DNA from: Chloroflexota bacterium
Lineage (GTDB): Bacteria; Chloroflexota; UBA11872; UBA12225
DNA: 64,000 nt
Assembly (NCBI GenBank): GCA_947446285.1
Contig: CANFGH010000004.1
Location: forward strand, 12,926 to 76,925
Direction of reading: 5' to 3'
Shown: positions 8,320 to 18,010 of the stretch, in pieces
Position numbering within the stretch: the stretch's first letter is position 1
How the letters are laid out: every line of letters starts with the position of its first letter
The notes under the pieces: generated by a model
Seen by the model: only the letters and a program-made list of their open reading frames with translations
What the model was told of the DNA's origin: nothing
Database searches by the model: none
Position numbers and translations under genes: made by a program

Positions 8320-9422
8320 AACTGCGCGGGCGGCTCACATACCTCGCAGTCGTACTCCTCGTCATCGTCATCGTTTTTGCGGTCATCTTGCCTCGCATGC
8401 GCGGGTCCGCGGCGTCCAGACCAGACCCCGCCGCTTCCGGCCCTTGGTTTGACATCGCCTTCACGACACCGGCCGAAGTCGATCGACCGGGAACGCACCA
8501 AGGAGGCATTGATACCCGCTTGGTGAGCCTCATCGACGGCGCACAACGCTCGGTCGATATTGCAGCCTATGACTTCGACCTGATGAACGTCGCCGAGGCA
8601 ATGGCTCGAGCCGCCGGTCGTGGCGTTCGGGTCAGGATGGTGACGGACTCCGACACGGTTGCGAACGTCAAGGACGAACACATTCAGGCTGCCCTCAAGA
8701 CTGTCCGAAGCGCGAGAGTGACAATCGTCGAAGACAACCGTAGAGCCATCATGCACCACAAGTTCGCGGTCGTCGACGAGGCCATAGTCCTTACAGGATC
8801 ATGGAATTTCACCGACGGCGATACCTATCGACTGAACAACAACGCCGTCATCGTCAGGAACGCACAACTCGCCGAGAACTTCACGCACGAATTTGAGGAA
8901 ATGTTCGTGCAGAAACACTTCGGCCCAACAAAGTCAAAGGTCGTGCCGAACCCCCGCATCACGATCGGGACTTCGACGATTGAGTCGTACTTTGCGTCTG
9001 AGACCGACCCGTCGCAGCCTCTGATCCGTCGAATCGAAGCTTCGACATCGAGCATCGACTTTCTCGCCTTTGCGTTCACCCACGATGGCTTGGGTGCCGC
9101 ACTTATCTCCCGCAAGCGTGCCGGGATCCCGGTCCGGGGGGTCTTTGAGAAGACCGGTTCGGAAACGAGATTCTCGGAACACGCGCATTTGAAAGGTGTA
9201 GGCGCCGAGGTCTATCAGGACGGCAACCGCTACGTCATGCACCACAAGGTATTCGTGATCGACGGCACGACGACGGCGTTCGGATCCTTCAATTTTTCGG
9301 ACAACGCCGCCACGGAAAACGACGAAAACCTGCTGATCGTGGATGATCCAGTGTTTGCAAAGGCGTTTACCGCCGAAGTGGATCGGGTCGTTGCGCTGGC
9401 ACGGAAAGTGTCCGGTCGCTGA
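8316..9422 (+). CDS. Membrane-anchored phospholipase D/nuclease-superfamily protein (two HKD motifs)
   Basis: N-terminal TM segment LTYLAVVLLVIVIVFAVIL. HKD motifs are HHKFAVVD..GSWNFT and HHKVFVID..GSFNFS. Confidence 0.8.
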   Translation: MKLRGRLTYLAVVLLVIVIVFAVILPRMRGSAASRPDPAASGPWFDIAFTTPAEVDRPGTHQGGIDTRLVSLIDGAQRSVDIAAYDFDLMNVAEAMARAAGRGVRVRMVTDSDTVANVKDEHIQAALKTVRSARVTIVEDNRRAIMHHKFAVVDEAIVLTGSWNFTDGDTYRLNNNAVIVRNAQLAENFTHEFEEMFVQKHFGPTKSKVVPNPRITIGTSTIESYFASETDPSQPLIRRIEASTSSIDFLAFAFTHDGLGAALISRKRAGIPVRGVFEKTGSETRFSEHAHLKGVGAEVYQDGNRYVMHHKVFVIDGTTTAFGSFNFSDNAATENDENLLIVDDPVFAKAFTAEVDRVVALARKVSGR

Positions 9423-9425
9423 CCA

Positions 9426-10406
9426 ATGCAATTTACGGTTCCTACCCGTGTTCTGACCCGACCCGTCGTGCGCCGCGCCGCACTGGCTGCGGGTTTGGCA
9501 ACGGTTGCCACAGCCACCTCCTGCGCAAGTCCCCCTCACCCGATCGTTATCGCGATCACTGGACGGTCACTCGGCATGGCCTCGATCTTTCTCCTGGTGC
9601 GCCCCGTTGAGGCCGTCACGCGGCTTCTGGACCGTCAGACCAAACTTCCACCACGCCCACCGGTTGCTCTCCGACAAGTCGCGTCACTCAGTGAAGTAAT
9701 GAATCTTGCATCACGACGCGAGGTCGATGCGTCCGTGATGCCAAAAGGGGCGATGCTTGCCAATCTCGCCCGGGAATGGGTTCGTCCCGGTGCCGACATG
9801 CCCAGCCCATGGCCCCCCACTGGTCTCGTCGTTGGAGACCCTGTCGGGGACGAGGTTCCCCTCACCCTTGTGATCCGCCAGTCTGTAATGAATGCCTCGA
9901 TCGACCGCGATGGGTTCTGGACCGGGGCCAAGCGCCCACCCGTGTTAGGACACGTCGCCCCACCGGCAGGCGTGCCGACCACGATGGTCGTCAAGGACAT
10001 CGTGCCCGATGTGTCATCCGGCCTGCCCTCCAGGTTCGGATTTCTCCCACTCGGCGACCCCAACCGATGGGTTTCGTTTCCATCCGATGAGGCAATCGTC
10101 ACTGCAATCGTCGACGACCGATGTGACGTGGCCCTGCTTAATCCCGAGGCGATTGCGATGGCGCGAAATGTCGCACCGCTCGGGTTTGAGATGCAGGTAC
10201 ACGCCGTGAGTCCAGATGGGTGGGCGCACAACTCGTGTCCGGGCCTGATCGGGAACGAATTTCCCGAACCACTTCGCCAGTGGATCCGTGCCACGCGCGA
10301 TGGCCTGCGAGGCCCGGCCCCGACTGATCTCTATCGGCTTGCTTTCCCGGAGCGCGACCCGCTGACCCTAGCCATCGCCTCAAAGGTCGCAACCACTCAT
10401 AGGTAA
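9426..10406 (+). CDS. Hypothetical exported protein or lipoprotein
   Basis: N-terminus carries RR and a hydrophobic stretch ending ATSC (lipobox-like). No confident family. The antisense ORF 9635-10294 is judged a shadow. Confidence 0.4.
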   Translation: MQFTVPTRVLTRPVVRRAALAAGLATVATATSCASPPHPIVIAITGRSLGMASIFLLVRPVEAVTRLLDRQTKLPPRPPVALRQVASLSEVMNLASRREVDASVMPKGAMLANLAREWVRPGADMPSPWPPTGLVVGDPVGDEVPLTLVIRQSVMNASIDRDGFWTGAKRPPVLGHVAPPAGVPTTMVVKDIVPDVSSGLPSRFGFLPLGDPNRWVSFPSDEAIVTAIVDDRCDVALLNPEAIAMARNVAPLGFEMQVHAVSPDGWAHNSCPGLIGNEFPEPLRQWIRATRDGLRGPAPTDLYRLAFPERDPLTLAIASKVATTHR

Positions 10407-10442
10407 TGCCTCGGCATCACGCTGGCGTCTGGTGTCGATGCA

Positions 10443-12014
10443 TCACGTACCGGGCACGAGATCCTTGCGTGGAAAGAGGGGAGTGGGCGTTCCAACCGTC
10501 ACGCCGGCGGGAAATGAACCCCATTCCACGGTATCTGACCATGCACCGGCAACCAGGGGTGGCAGGCCAAGTTGCTCCTGCATCGTCGCGCATGCGGTCG
10601 GCATGAACGGCGTCAACCAGATTGACAAGTTGCGCAAGGCCTCAGCCGTTCCGTGAAGGACGGTGTCCAGTCGGGCAGACTGCGCCTCGTCACGGGCGAG
10701 TTTCCAAGGTTGGTTCTCATCGACGTACTGGTTCGCCCGTTTGACAAGGGTCCACACCGCGTCGAGCGCCCCATCGAAGTCCCACGCCTCAAGACAGGCC
10801 CGCGCTCCAGCCCCGGCCCGTATTGCAATGTTCTGAAGGTCACTATCGCGTAAGTCTGAATGGCCTGATGGTTTCGGGACCAGACCTCCACGGTACCTGC
10901 CGATCATGCTAACCGTGCGGTTGAGCAAGTTTCCGAGATCATTGGCCAAGTCACTGGTGTACCGGGTACGCAGATTCGCGCGATTGAAGTCGCCATCACG
11001 GTCAAACGACACGTCACGAAGAACGTAGTAACGGATCGCATCCGCCCCCCACTCCTGCACCAGTTCCACCGGATCGATCGTGTTTCCGGTGGTCTTGGAA
11101 ATCCGCTGTCCCTCTAGGGTCATGAACCCATGAACAGCCACCTGCCGGGGAACAGGTACACCGGCCGCCATCAACATGGCCGGCCAATAGACGCAATGGA
11201 ACCGAGTGATGTCCTTGCCAATCACATGCGTGTCCGCGGGCCACCAATGTTCGACCCGGCCGGGATCATCTGGAAAGCCAGAAGCCGTCAGGTAATTCGT
11301 CAGGGCATCGAACCACACGTAAAGGACATGGTCAGGGTCACCGGGCACGGCAATGCCCCAAGGCTTTCCGTCAACCACCCGAGCACTTCGAACCGGACGT
11401 GAAACCGAAAAGTCACGAAGTCCGCGTTGCAAGAGACTCCTGATTTCACTCGCCCAGACGTGGGGCACGATGAAGTCCGGATGCGCATCGAGATGGGCGA
11501 GCAGACGATCTGTGTACCGCGAGAGGGCGAAGAAGTAGTTCTCCTCCTCCAGATAGTCGGGGGTGATGGTCTGGTGGTTGGGACAGCATCCGGCCGGCGT
11601 CAGGTCGGCAACTTCATAGAACGTGTTGCAGTTATGGCAGTAATACCCGGTGTAAAGGCCCTTGTAGACATCTCCGGCCGCAAGTGCACGGCGGAATAGT
11701 TCCTGCGACGCCCGTGCGTGGTCTTGATCGACCGCGGTGCGTATGAACCGGTCCGGCGAGACCAACACGCTCGCCCAGGTGCGGCGGAACGTGGCATCCA
11801 TGTGATCGACCCACTCGCGTACGCCCATCCCGTTGGCATCAGCAGCCTTCGGGACGTGCTGACTGTTCTCATCCAGACCCATGCAGAAAAAGGTCTCATC
11901 CCCACACAACCGGTGGTACCTGGCAATTACATCAGCGGCGATCTTCTCGTACGAATGACCGATGTGTGGCGCCGCATTCGGGTAGTCAATCGCGGTGGTG
12001 ATGTAATACTTCAT
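10443..12014 (-). CDS. metG: Methionine--tRNA ligase
   Basis: N-terminus KYYITTAIDYPNAAPHIGHSYEKIAADVIARY (HIGH motif), a Cys-rich knuckle and the KMSKS-like motif RISKTTGN. Confidence 0.95.
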   Translation of the reverse strand: MKYYITTAIDYPNAAPHIGHSYEKIAADVIARYHRLCGDETFFCMGLDENSQHVPKAADANGMGVREWVDHMDATFRRTWASVLVSPDRFIRTAVDQDHARASQELFRRALAAGDVYKGLYTGYYCHNCNTFYEVADLTPAGCCPNHQTITPDYLEEENYFFALSRYTDRLLAHLDAHPDFIVPHVWASEIRSLLQRGLRDFSVSRPVRSARVVDGKPWGIAVPGDPDHVLYVWFDALTNYLTASGFPDDPGRVEHWWPADTHVIGKDITRFHCVYWPAMLMAAGVPVPRQVAVHGFMTLEGQRISKTTGNTIDPVELVQEWGADAIRYYVLRDVSFDRDGDFNRANLRTRYTSDLANDLGNLLNRTVSMIGRYRGGLVPKPSGHSDLRDSDLQNIAIRAGAGARACLEAWDFDGALDAVWTLVKRANQYVDENQPWKLARDEAQSARLDTVLHGTAEALRNLSIWLTPFMPTACATMQEQLGLPPLVAGAWSDTVEWGSFPAGVTVGTPTPLFPRKDLVPGT

Positions 12015-12146
12015 TGCAACTCCAGAAGGGCGGTCACCGAGCTAGGCGCCAAGATCAGCGCGGTAGTGCGACGGTGATGGTCAGTGATTGTGACCATTAC
12101 CCGCCACCTACGGAAGGCCACGTTGTCGGTTGACGGGAAATGGGAC

Positions 12147-12171
12147 GACCCGGCGGGATACCCGTCGGGTC
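12147..12171 (-). terminator. Hairpin downstream of the FliD-like gene (possible terminator)
   Basis: On the minus strand, GACCCGACGGG-TAT-CCCGCCGGGTC forms an 11-bp stem with one mismatch, followed by a weak U-tract. Confidence 0.35.
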
Positions 12172-12198
12172 GCCTTTGAGATGGTCCAGCGTCACGGG

Positions 12199-13608
12199 TC
12201 ACGCCTGGAAGTCGAGCAGGCGCTTGGTGCCACGTGTCTCTAGGCGGTCTGCCTGTGTGATCGAACTCGAGTACGGGGTGCTGTCCTGGCCCCGCGCAAG
12301 CGTCGTGAGAACTTCGGGTGACACCTGGACCGCCCGAGTGATTGCAGCGATTTTGGACGCGAAACCACCAGGACCGCCAAGGACATTCTCAACCGCAGTT
12401 GGGTTCGTCGCGAGCGCTTCCCGAAGCTTCGTCTCGCTCAACTGCAATGCACCATTGGCTCCCGAAGCAAGCCCCAGAGATTCGAGTGACGCCTTCAACC
12501 CATCCGCCGCGCCCTGCAGCCGACTTGCAAGCCCCGGTGAGAGCAGCGAGGGGTTCGCGGCCAAATTTCCTAGAAATGCATTGAATTTGCTGGTCAGGTG
12601 ACGGGTCGCATCGACCACCGCCGCAATATCTGGTGATACCCCGACCGAAATCGTCACCGTCGATGTGGTTGGTCCCTGCAGATACAACTGAACCCGTCCA
12701 GTCGTCGATGACGAATTCGCCAAGTCCAGGTGAACAACGTTGCTCGATGACGTCTGTTGGGACCCGTTCAAGGTGTATGACGAATCACGCGCCGCGGTCG
12801 TTGTCGTGAAACCGAGGACGGTTGCGATATTCCCACCAGTGGTGAATGTGGCAGAGGTGCCGGTGGACGTATGGGTGAGCGCAAGCGTGGAAGTTCCACC
12901 CGTCGACACTGCTTGCGCCCTGACCGGTATTCCCGCAGCGTTCACCGCGGTCGCGATTGCCTGAAGCACGCCAAGATTGGATGTGACTGTAGAGAAGTCC
13001 GGAGTGATCGTCGTCGTGGTGCCACCAGTTGTGACGGTCATGCTCGTTGACCCGGTGATAGGGGACGTGTTGGTGTCCGCGTCGACCACTCCGCCGCTCG
13101 TCAGGCTCTGACCCGCGGCTGTTTGTGAGACCGTGACTGCGTACGTTGCTACCCTGGCTTGATCAGCGACTGACGCCAGAACCCCACCGCCATGTCCGGA
13201 GATCGCAACCTTGCGCGCGCTGAACACACCGCTTGGCGTGGTGCTTGCCGTGGAACCCGAGTTCGACCGATTTCCGCTCGTCCCCGCCATGCGTGACGAC
13301 GAACCAGAAACCAGTTTCGAGGCTGATGCGCCCAACTCGCGTAGCTGGTTCAAGACGTCAGGAACGACATTCTTCAGCGCAGCCGTTGCCACATTCGTGA
13401 GGTGGTCAACGGCCACCATGACTCCGTCCCCAAGGCCGAGCTGATCTGCAGTCTTGAGGACCGCTTGAGCCCCTTGGCGATCAACCAGCGAGTTCCTCAT
13501 TGTCGGTGAGGGAATGCGGTTGCCGGGGACAAACGGGTTCCCTGCACCCGCGTATCGCGGATTCCCGACGAGCGACCGACTGCTGCTCGGCTGACCGGTA
13601 GACGGCAT
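12199..13608 (-). CDS. FliD-like (flagellar cap/hook-associated protein 2-like) Thr/Ser-rich protein
   Basis: Core and C-terminal patterns resemble FliD: YAVTVSQTAAGQSLTSG, YTLNG..SSSNVV, KFNAFLGNL and GALQLSETKLREALATNPTAVENVLGG. The N-terminus is atypical. Confidence 0.5.
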   Translation of the reverse strand: MPSTGQPSSSRSLVGNPRYAGAGNPFVPGNRIPSPTMRNSLVDRQGAQAVLKTADQLGLGDGVMVAVDHLTNVATAALKNVVPDVLNQLRELGASASKLVSGSSSRMAGTSGNRSNSGSTASTTPSGVFSARKVAISGHGGGVLASVADQARVATYAVTVSQTAAGQSLTSGGVVDADTNTSPITGSTSMTVTTGGTTTTITPDFSTVTSNLGVLQAIATAVNAAGIPVRAQAVSTGGTSTLALTHTSTGTSATFTTGGNIATVLGFTTTTAARDSSYTLNGSQQTSSSNVVHLDLANSSSTTGRVQLYLQGPTTSTVTISVGVSPDIAAVVDATRHLTSKFNAFLGNLAANPSLLSPGLASRLQGAADGLKASLESLGLASGANGALQLSETKLREALATNPTAVENVLGGPGGFASKIAAITRAVQVSPEVLTTLARGQDSTPYSSSITQADRLETRGTKRLLDFQA

Positions 13609-13782
13609 CTTGCTTCACCTCACGTGATCGTACTTGTACCTTGATAATGGTTGGTGGGCATCGGTCACCCGGCGGATTTTCTCGGTGGGACCACGACATC
13701 TACCATCGAAGCGGTCGCGACGTGCATCGGTTTCAGCGGCTCGACGCAAAACCCAAGAGATTTCAATCCTCCGGCAACGTGA

Positions 13783-14847
13783 ATGACAGCGCTTCCTGAC
13801 GCCGCATGGCGGATTTCCCGAGACGTGGCGCGCCACCTTGGCCTCGGTGACATCCAGGATCTGGTTGCGGCACCGGGCGGGCGCCTCAACCAAAACCTGG
13901 TCGCAACTACACCGCGTGGCCGCTATTTCCTGAAAGGTTCCCGCTACCCAGACATCGAGACCATCCGGAAAGAACACCAGGTCATCGCGTACGTCGGGAC
14001 CCACAACATCCCGATTGTCCCACCCCTCGCAGCCCGATCGGGTGAGACCGTGACCCGTGCCGGAAACCGATGGTGGGTGGCCTATCCGTGGATGGAAGGT
14101 GCCCCACTTGACACAGGTGGTGTCGGCCCGACAGCCGCCCGCACGATAGGTCGCACATTGGGGGCGTTGCACCGGGTGCTCGCACAAGTGCCTGTCTCGG
14201 TCTCTGCATCGCTACCCCGGCGACCACTGCTCAATGCAACCGAGGCAAGAATGCGTGACCTAGAAGCAGTCATTTCGCGCAACCCGAACCTGTCGGCATT
14301 TGACCGGCACGTCCTTGCCAGCATCGCCTACCGTCGCACCCTCATCAGCCGAGATGGTTCATCCCATGAAGCGTTCGCAATGCTTCCAACCCAAGCACTG
14401 CATGGCGATTTCCACCTCGGAAATCTCCTGATCCACAGATCCACACTCACTGCTGATGTCTCGATCAACGCCATTCTCGACTGGGAACTGACCTGTTGTG
14501 GGCCTCGGATCTGGGAAGTCGCGCGGTCGGCAGACCTGATCCTCGACCTCGCTGCCGATCTCAAGAACGATGCCCCGTGCCTCCGTGAATACCTTTCCGG
14601 CTACTTGCAATACGCACCGCTGACGTCGCAGGAAGCTTTCCAGCTTGCCCCGTTCTACCGTGCCTCGCGGGTGCAGTCGCTGTGGGTCATTGAGGAGCAC
14701 TACCGTCAGGGCCAAGCCCCGACGGATGACATCGCCATCGATGACCTTGGCGCGCTCGATTGGTGGTATCGCAACGGCGAAGCCGTTGGGCAACTGGTCG
14801 GGGAACTCGTCAGGTCAACGAAGGTCATCGAGGGCTTAGCAACCTGA
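13783..14847 (+). CDS. Aminoglycoside phosphotransferase (APH)/homoserine kinase type II-family kinase
   Basis: Catalytic-loop motif LHGDFHLGNLL and a downstream DWE motif in a 354-aa protein. Confidence 0.8.
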   Translation: MTALPDAAWRISRDVARHLGLGDIQDLVAAPGGRLNQNLVATTPRGRYFLKGSRYPDIETIRKEHQVIAYVGTHNIPIVPPLAARSGETVTRAGNRWWVAYPWMEGAPLDTGGVGPTAARTIGRTLGALHRVLAQVPVSVSASLPRRPLLNATEARMRDLEAVISRNPNLSAFDRHVLASIAYRRTLISRDGSSHEAFAMLPTQALHGDFHLGNLLIHRSTLTADVSINAILDWELTCCGPRIWEVARSADLILDLAADLKNDAPCLREYLSGYLQYAPLTSQEAFQLAPFYRASRVQSLWVIEEHYRQGQAPTDDIAIDDLGALDWWYRNGEAVGQLVGELVRSTKVIEGLAT

Positions 14848-14895
14848 TCCGGATGCGAGACCAGAGTGCATCCCTTGACACTTTCGTACGAGCCA

Positions 14896-15252
14896 TCATT
14901 CCTTGAGATGGGTAACGGTCACGGTCGTCGTGATCCCACCCCGCACATTGAACGCACCGACCACGGTAATCCGGCGTGGGTCAAGTGACGCGATCAGATC
15001 ATCCGCGATCTGGTTCGTGACCGCTTCATGAAATCCGCCCTCATCTCTATAGGCCCACAGGTACAACTTGAGGGACTTGAGTTCTATGCACCGCTGATCC
15101 GGGACGTAGGTGATCGTGATCGTCGCAAAATCCGGTTGACCCGTCATTGGGCACACGTTGGTGAACTCCGGGCAGACGCACTGGATCTCAAAGTCGCGTC
15201 CCGGATTGGGGTTCGGAAATGTCTGGATTTCTCTAGAAGCTTGGGTTGACAT
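14896..15252 (-). CDS. queF: NADPH-dependent 7-cyano-7-deazaguanine reductase (unimodular)
   Basis: The motif [23 protein letters not shown] and the downstream sequence ..[21 protein letters not shown] are characteristic of QueF. Confidence 0.95.
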   Translation of the reverse strand: MSTQASREIQTFPNPNPGRDFEIQCVCPEFTNVCPMTGQPDFATITITYVPDQRCIELKSLKLYLWAYRDEGGFHEAVTNQIADDLIASLDPRRITVVGAFNVRGGITTTVTVTHLKE

Positions 15253-15364
15253 CGTGAGTTGAGTGTAACGTCGTCGTGGCTAACCCCAACTTGCAGGAAA
15301 TCCACCAGATGGCCCCCCGGCATCCGCTAGATGACGTGCGCGCCAGCACTCGGAACCCGGTACC

Positions 15365-16543
15365 ATGGCGCTAGAGATGCCAACCAACAACGTGCCGGAC
15401 CCAGTCAGCCAGGCCCGTGCAGCTGCGCGTACTGCGCCCCGGGCGGTGACGCCACGTACGACCCAGATTGGCGTGGACGCACTATCTGGGAATGCCAACT
15501 CTTCGTTCCCGAACCTCCTGACGGACGCCTTACAGGGCTTGGATCCGTCACTTTCGGGAACGTCCGACGGGTTCGGTGTTCCGGGTCTGGGTTCCTCCAC
15601 GAACCCCTTGTCGGCCCTCGCGAACATGACCGGCCTCTCAGGCCTTCAGCGACTAACATCCGGCGCATCTGCGCTCGGCCTATCGGGTATTCCTGGCTTG
15701 ACTGGCCTTACCGGGCTAACCAATCCGGCCCAGGCACCCACCTCGCACTTGGGACAGGCGGCCGTTGACACTGCACTTGGGTATCTGGGACGTCACGACT
15801 GGAACAACTACTGCGAACGGTTCGTGGAAGTTTCCTACGGGACCCAAAACCTCTACCCGAATGCGGCATCAGCCGGCCGGGCGCTCGTCACGCATCGCGG
15901 GACATCGGCGCTTGCCACCGCGCCTGCCGGAGCAATTCTCTACTTCGCTGCTAATGCGGGCAACCAGCAGCAAGGCCATGCCGCCCTCTACCTAGGTGAT
16001 AGCAGAATGGTTTCCGCGACCCCGAACGGTGTCAAGATTGAGCGGGTCGATTCGCCCGCGTATCAGGGGCAGTTTCTGGGTTGGGCAGAACCAGGCAGCT
16101 TCGGTCAGGGCCAGGTCACCGCGCCACGAGGAGCCTCACAGTCCGGGCGCGCACCAACCGTTGCACCACGATCATCAAGCACCTCACGCGTAGGCAACAC
16201 CGTGCCACCCGGCCTGCCCCGCGCCGTGGCATCCGCCCGGGTGACGGCTCCACGTTCGGACGCAACTGCCCTGACGGGGGCGTCGCAGGCCTCCGACACC
16301 GGCCGCATGGCACTCAACCGGACTGTTGCACCCGCGGTACGTGGTCGCGCCACAAGTGAGCCGATTGCACCAAGTAGTGCGAGCCCCGTGGTTCGAACTG
16401 ATCCGGCGGCACCGCTTGTCGCCCCGCTGCCTTTGGCCGCGCAACCGGTGCTCCCGGCAGGTCGGGCACCGGTAACGCCGCCCCAACGGGTTAACCCCTT
16501 GCTTCCTGGCCAGACCGGAAACACGGTTAGCCGTCGCGCCTGA
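15365..16543 (+). CDS. Secreted NlpC/P60-like (papain-fold) cell-wall hydrolase-like protein with a Pro/Ala-rich tail
   Basis: The central segment ALGYLGRHDWNNYCERFVE...GHAALYLGD...V resembles a Cys-His hydrolase core. The N-terminus has GL[ST]G-rich repeats. Confidence 0.55.
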   Translation: MALEMPTNNVPDPVSQARAAARTAPRAVTPRTTQIGVDALSGNANSSFPNLLTDALQGLDPSLSGTSDGFGVPGLGSSTNPLSALANMTGLSGLQRLTSGASALGLSGIPGLTGLTGLTNPAQAPTSHLGQAAVDTALGYLGRHDWNNYCERFVEVSYGTQNLYPNAASAGRALVTHRGTSALATAPAGAILYFAANAGNQQQGHAALYLGDSRMVSATPNGVKIERVDSPAYQGQFLGWAEPGSFGQGQVTAPRGASQSGRAPTVAPRSSSTSRVGNTVPPGLPRAVASARVTAPRSDATALTGASQASDTGRMALNRTVAPAVRGRATSEPIAPSSASPVVRTDPAAPLVAPLPLAAQPVLPAGRAPVTPPQRVNPLLPGQTGNTVSRRA

Positions 16544-16577
16544 CGAGTCGCGTGTCGCGTGTATGCCGGCTCTCGGG

Positions 16578-16600
16578 CTTCGTGAGTGTCTGTCACGAAG
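16578..16600 (+). terminator. Hairpin after the P60-like gene
   Basis: CTTCGTGA-gtgtctg-TCACGAAG forms an 8-bp stem. There is no strong T-tract. Confidence 0.3.
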
Positions 16601-16699
16601 TGTTGCCTGGAGTTGATCTTGGAAGTCACCCTTGAAAGTGCTGCATTCCACGAGTTCCCATCGTAGTCTTGATACGACAGCCAACTACCTTGCGCCTGC

Positions 16700-18004
16700 A
16701 TGGGGGACTACATGCCACTTTTTCCGGGTGCCCGAAACGTTCGATTGAGCCTACCGGTCATTTCAGTACTCATCGTGATGGCCACAATCGTCGGCACGCT
16801 CGCCATGCGCTACGGAACTGTCCAGATATGGCAAGCCATCGTGTCTCACGTCCCTTACGGGATCACAACGGTCGATGCTTCCACGTCCTCGGCACTCTTT
16901 GAGACCGCAATCGTTGTTCCCGAAGGAATGCGACGGGGACGTTTCTCGCAGCCGCGCTACCTGAGCGTGCCGGAGAACTTCTCTGTTTCGGTCTTTGCGC
17001 TTGTTGACGGCGCCCGCGCGCTTCACTACGCACCGTGGGGAGAATGGCTGGTGAGCCTGCCAACCCAAGGGACAATCCTAGGGCTCAGGGACACTGATGG
17101 CGATGGAACCGTGGATCAGACACGAACTGTCCTTTCCGGATTGCGCTGCCCATACGGAATTGTGATCCGCGACGACAACCTGTTCGTCGCCCAATCAACG
17201 TCGATTGCCCGCTTCAACCATCTTTGGGGTGAAGGCACACCTGTCCCCAGCGGCGTGGTTGTGGATGGCCTTCCGGATTCCGGTTGCGGTGCTCACCATT
17301 TCCGCCCGCTAGCGCTCGATGCAACCGGAGCCTTCTACATCGCATTCGGGTCCAGCTGCAACGTGTGTGTTGAAGCCGATACCCGGCGAAGCACTATCTG
17401 GCGGTACGCAAACGACGGCACCGGTCGCGAGTTTGCTAGAGGACTCCGAAACGTCGTCGACCTCTCCTTCGACCCATCATCAGGAACCCTGTGGGCGGCG
17501 ACGAATGAGCGGGATGCTCTGGGCGATGACATCCCACCTGAACCTGTCACCCCGGTGAACGAGGGTGCCGACTACGGCTGGCCCTACTGTTACTGGAATG
17601 GGGATTCTTGGCAGGTCGACACCCGAGTGCCGTCACGAAACCCGCGGTGCGAAGGATTGACACGCTACTTCGGAGTGCAAGCCCATTCGGCACCCCTAGG
17701 AATAACGTTTCCCGTCGGGACGAGCCTACCTGAGTCGTTCCGCGGGAACGGTTTCGCCGCGTACCACGGATCATGGAACCGCAGCATCGCTACCGGCTAC
17801 AAGGTTGCGCGGGTCATAACCAATGAAGGACGACCGGTGGCTTCCGAGGACTTCGTGACTGGTTGGAACCGCGGTCCGCGTGGCCCAGGAGATGCCTGGG
17901 GGAGACCAGTTGACATCCAGGAAGGTCCGGATGGATCACTCTTCCTGACCGACGACGTGGCCGGGGCGGTGTATCGAATTGCATACACGCCACCGGCCCA
18001 GTAA
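16700..18004 (+). CDS. PQQ-dependent sugar (glucose/sorbosone) dehydrogenase-family protein
   Basis: N-terminal TM anchor plus beta-propeller motifs: NERDALGDDIPPE..GADYGWPYCY and GRPVDIQEGPDGSLFLTDD. Confidence 0.85.
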   Translation: MGDYMPLFPGARNVRLSLPVISVLIVMATIVGTLAMRYGTVQIWQAIVSHVPYGITTVDASTSSALFETAIVVPEGMRRGRFSQPRYLSVPENFSVSVFALVDGARALHYAPWGEWLVSLPTQGTILGLRDTDGDGTVDQTRTVLSGLRCPYGIVIRDDNLFVAQSTSIARFNHLWGEGTPVPSGVVVDGLPDSGCGAHHFRPLALDATGAFYIAFGSSCNVCVEADTRRSTIWRYANDGTGREFARGLRNVVDLSFDPSSGTLWAATNERDALGDDIPPEPVTPVNEGADYGWPYCYWNGDSWQVDTRVPSRNPRCEGLTRYFGVQAHSAPLGITFPVGTSLPESFRGNGFAAYHGSWNRSIATGYKVARVITNEGRPVASEDFVTGWNRGPRGPGDAWGRPVDIQEGPDGSLFLTDDVAGAVYRIAYTPPAQ

Positions 18005-18010
18005 CCCACT

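Noticed and set aside
12015-12146. Possible T-box or other leader upstream of metG. It contains a GGTGG, a separated TACCGCG and a 7-bp hairpin ATGGTCA-caatcac-TGACCAT.
   Set aside because: The T-box consensus (contiguous GGUGGUACCGCG) is not present, and the two halves are about 40 nt apart. I could not build a specifier-loop architecture.
13609-13782. Flagellar sigma-28-type promoter (TAAA-N15-GCCGATAA) upstream of the FliD-like gene.
   Set aside because: No acceptable match was found by eye. Only a good Shine-Dalgarno sequence (GAGGTGA) is evident.
15253-15364. Possible preQ1 riboswitch in the queF leader.
   Set aside because: I read the minus-strand leader and found neither the short P1 stem plus A-rich tail of preQ1-I nor any other preQ1 class signature. 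The spacer is also a divergent promoter region.
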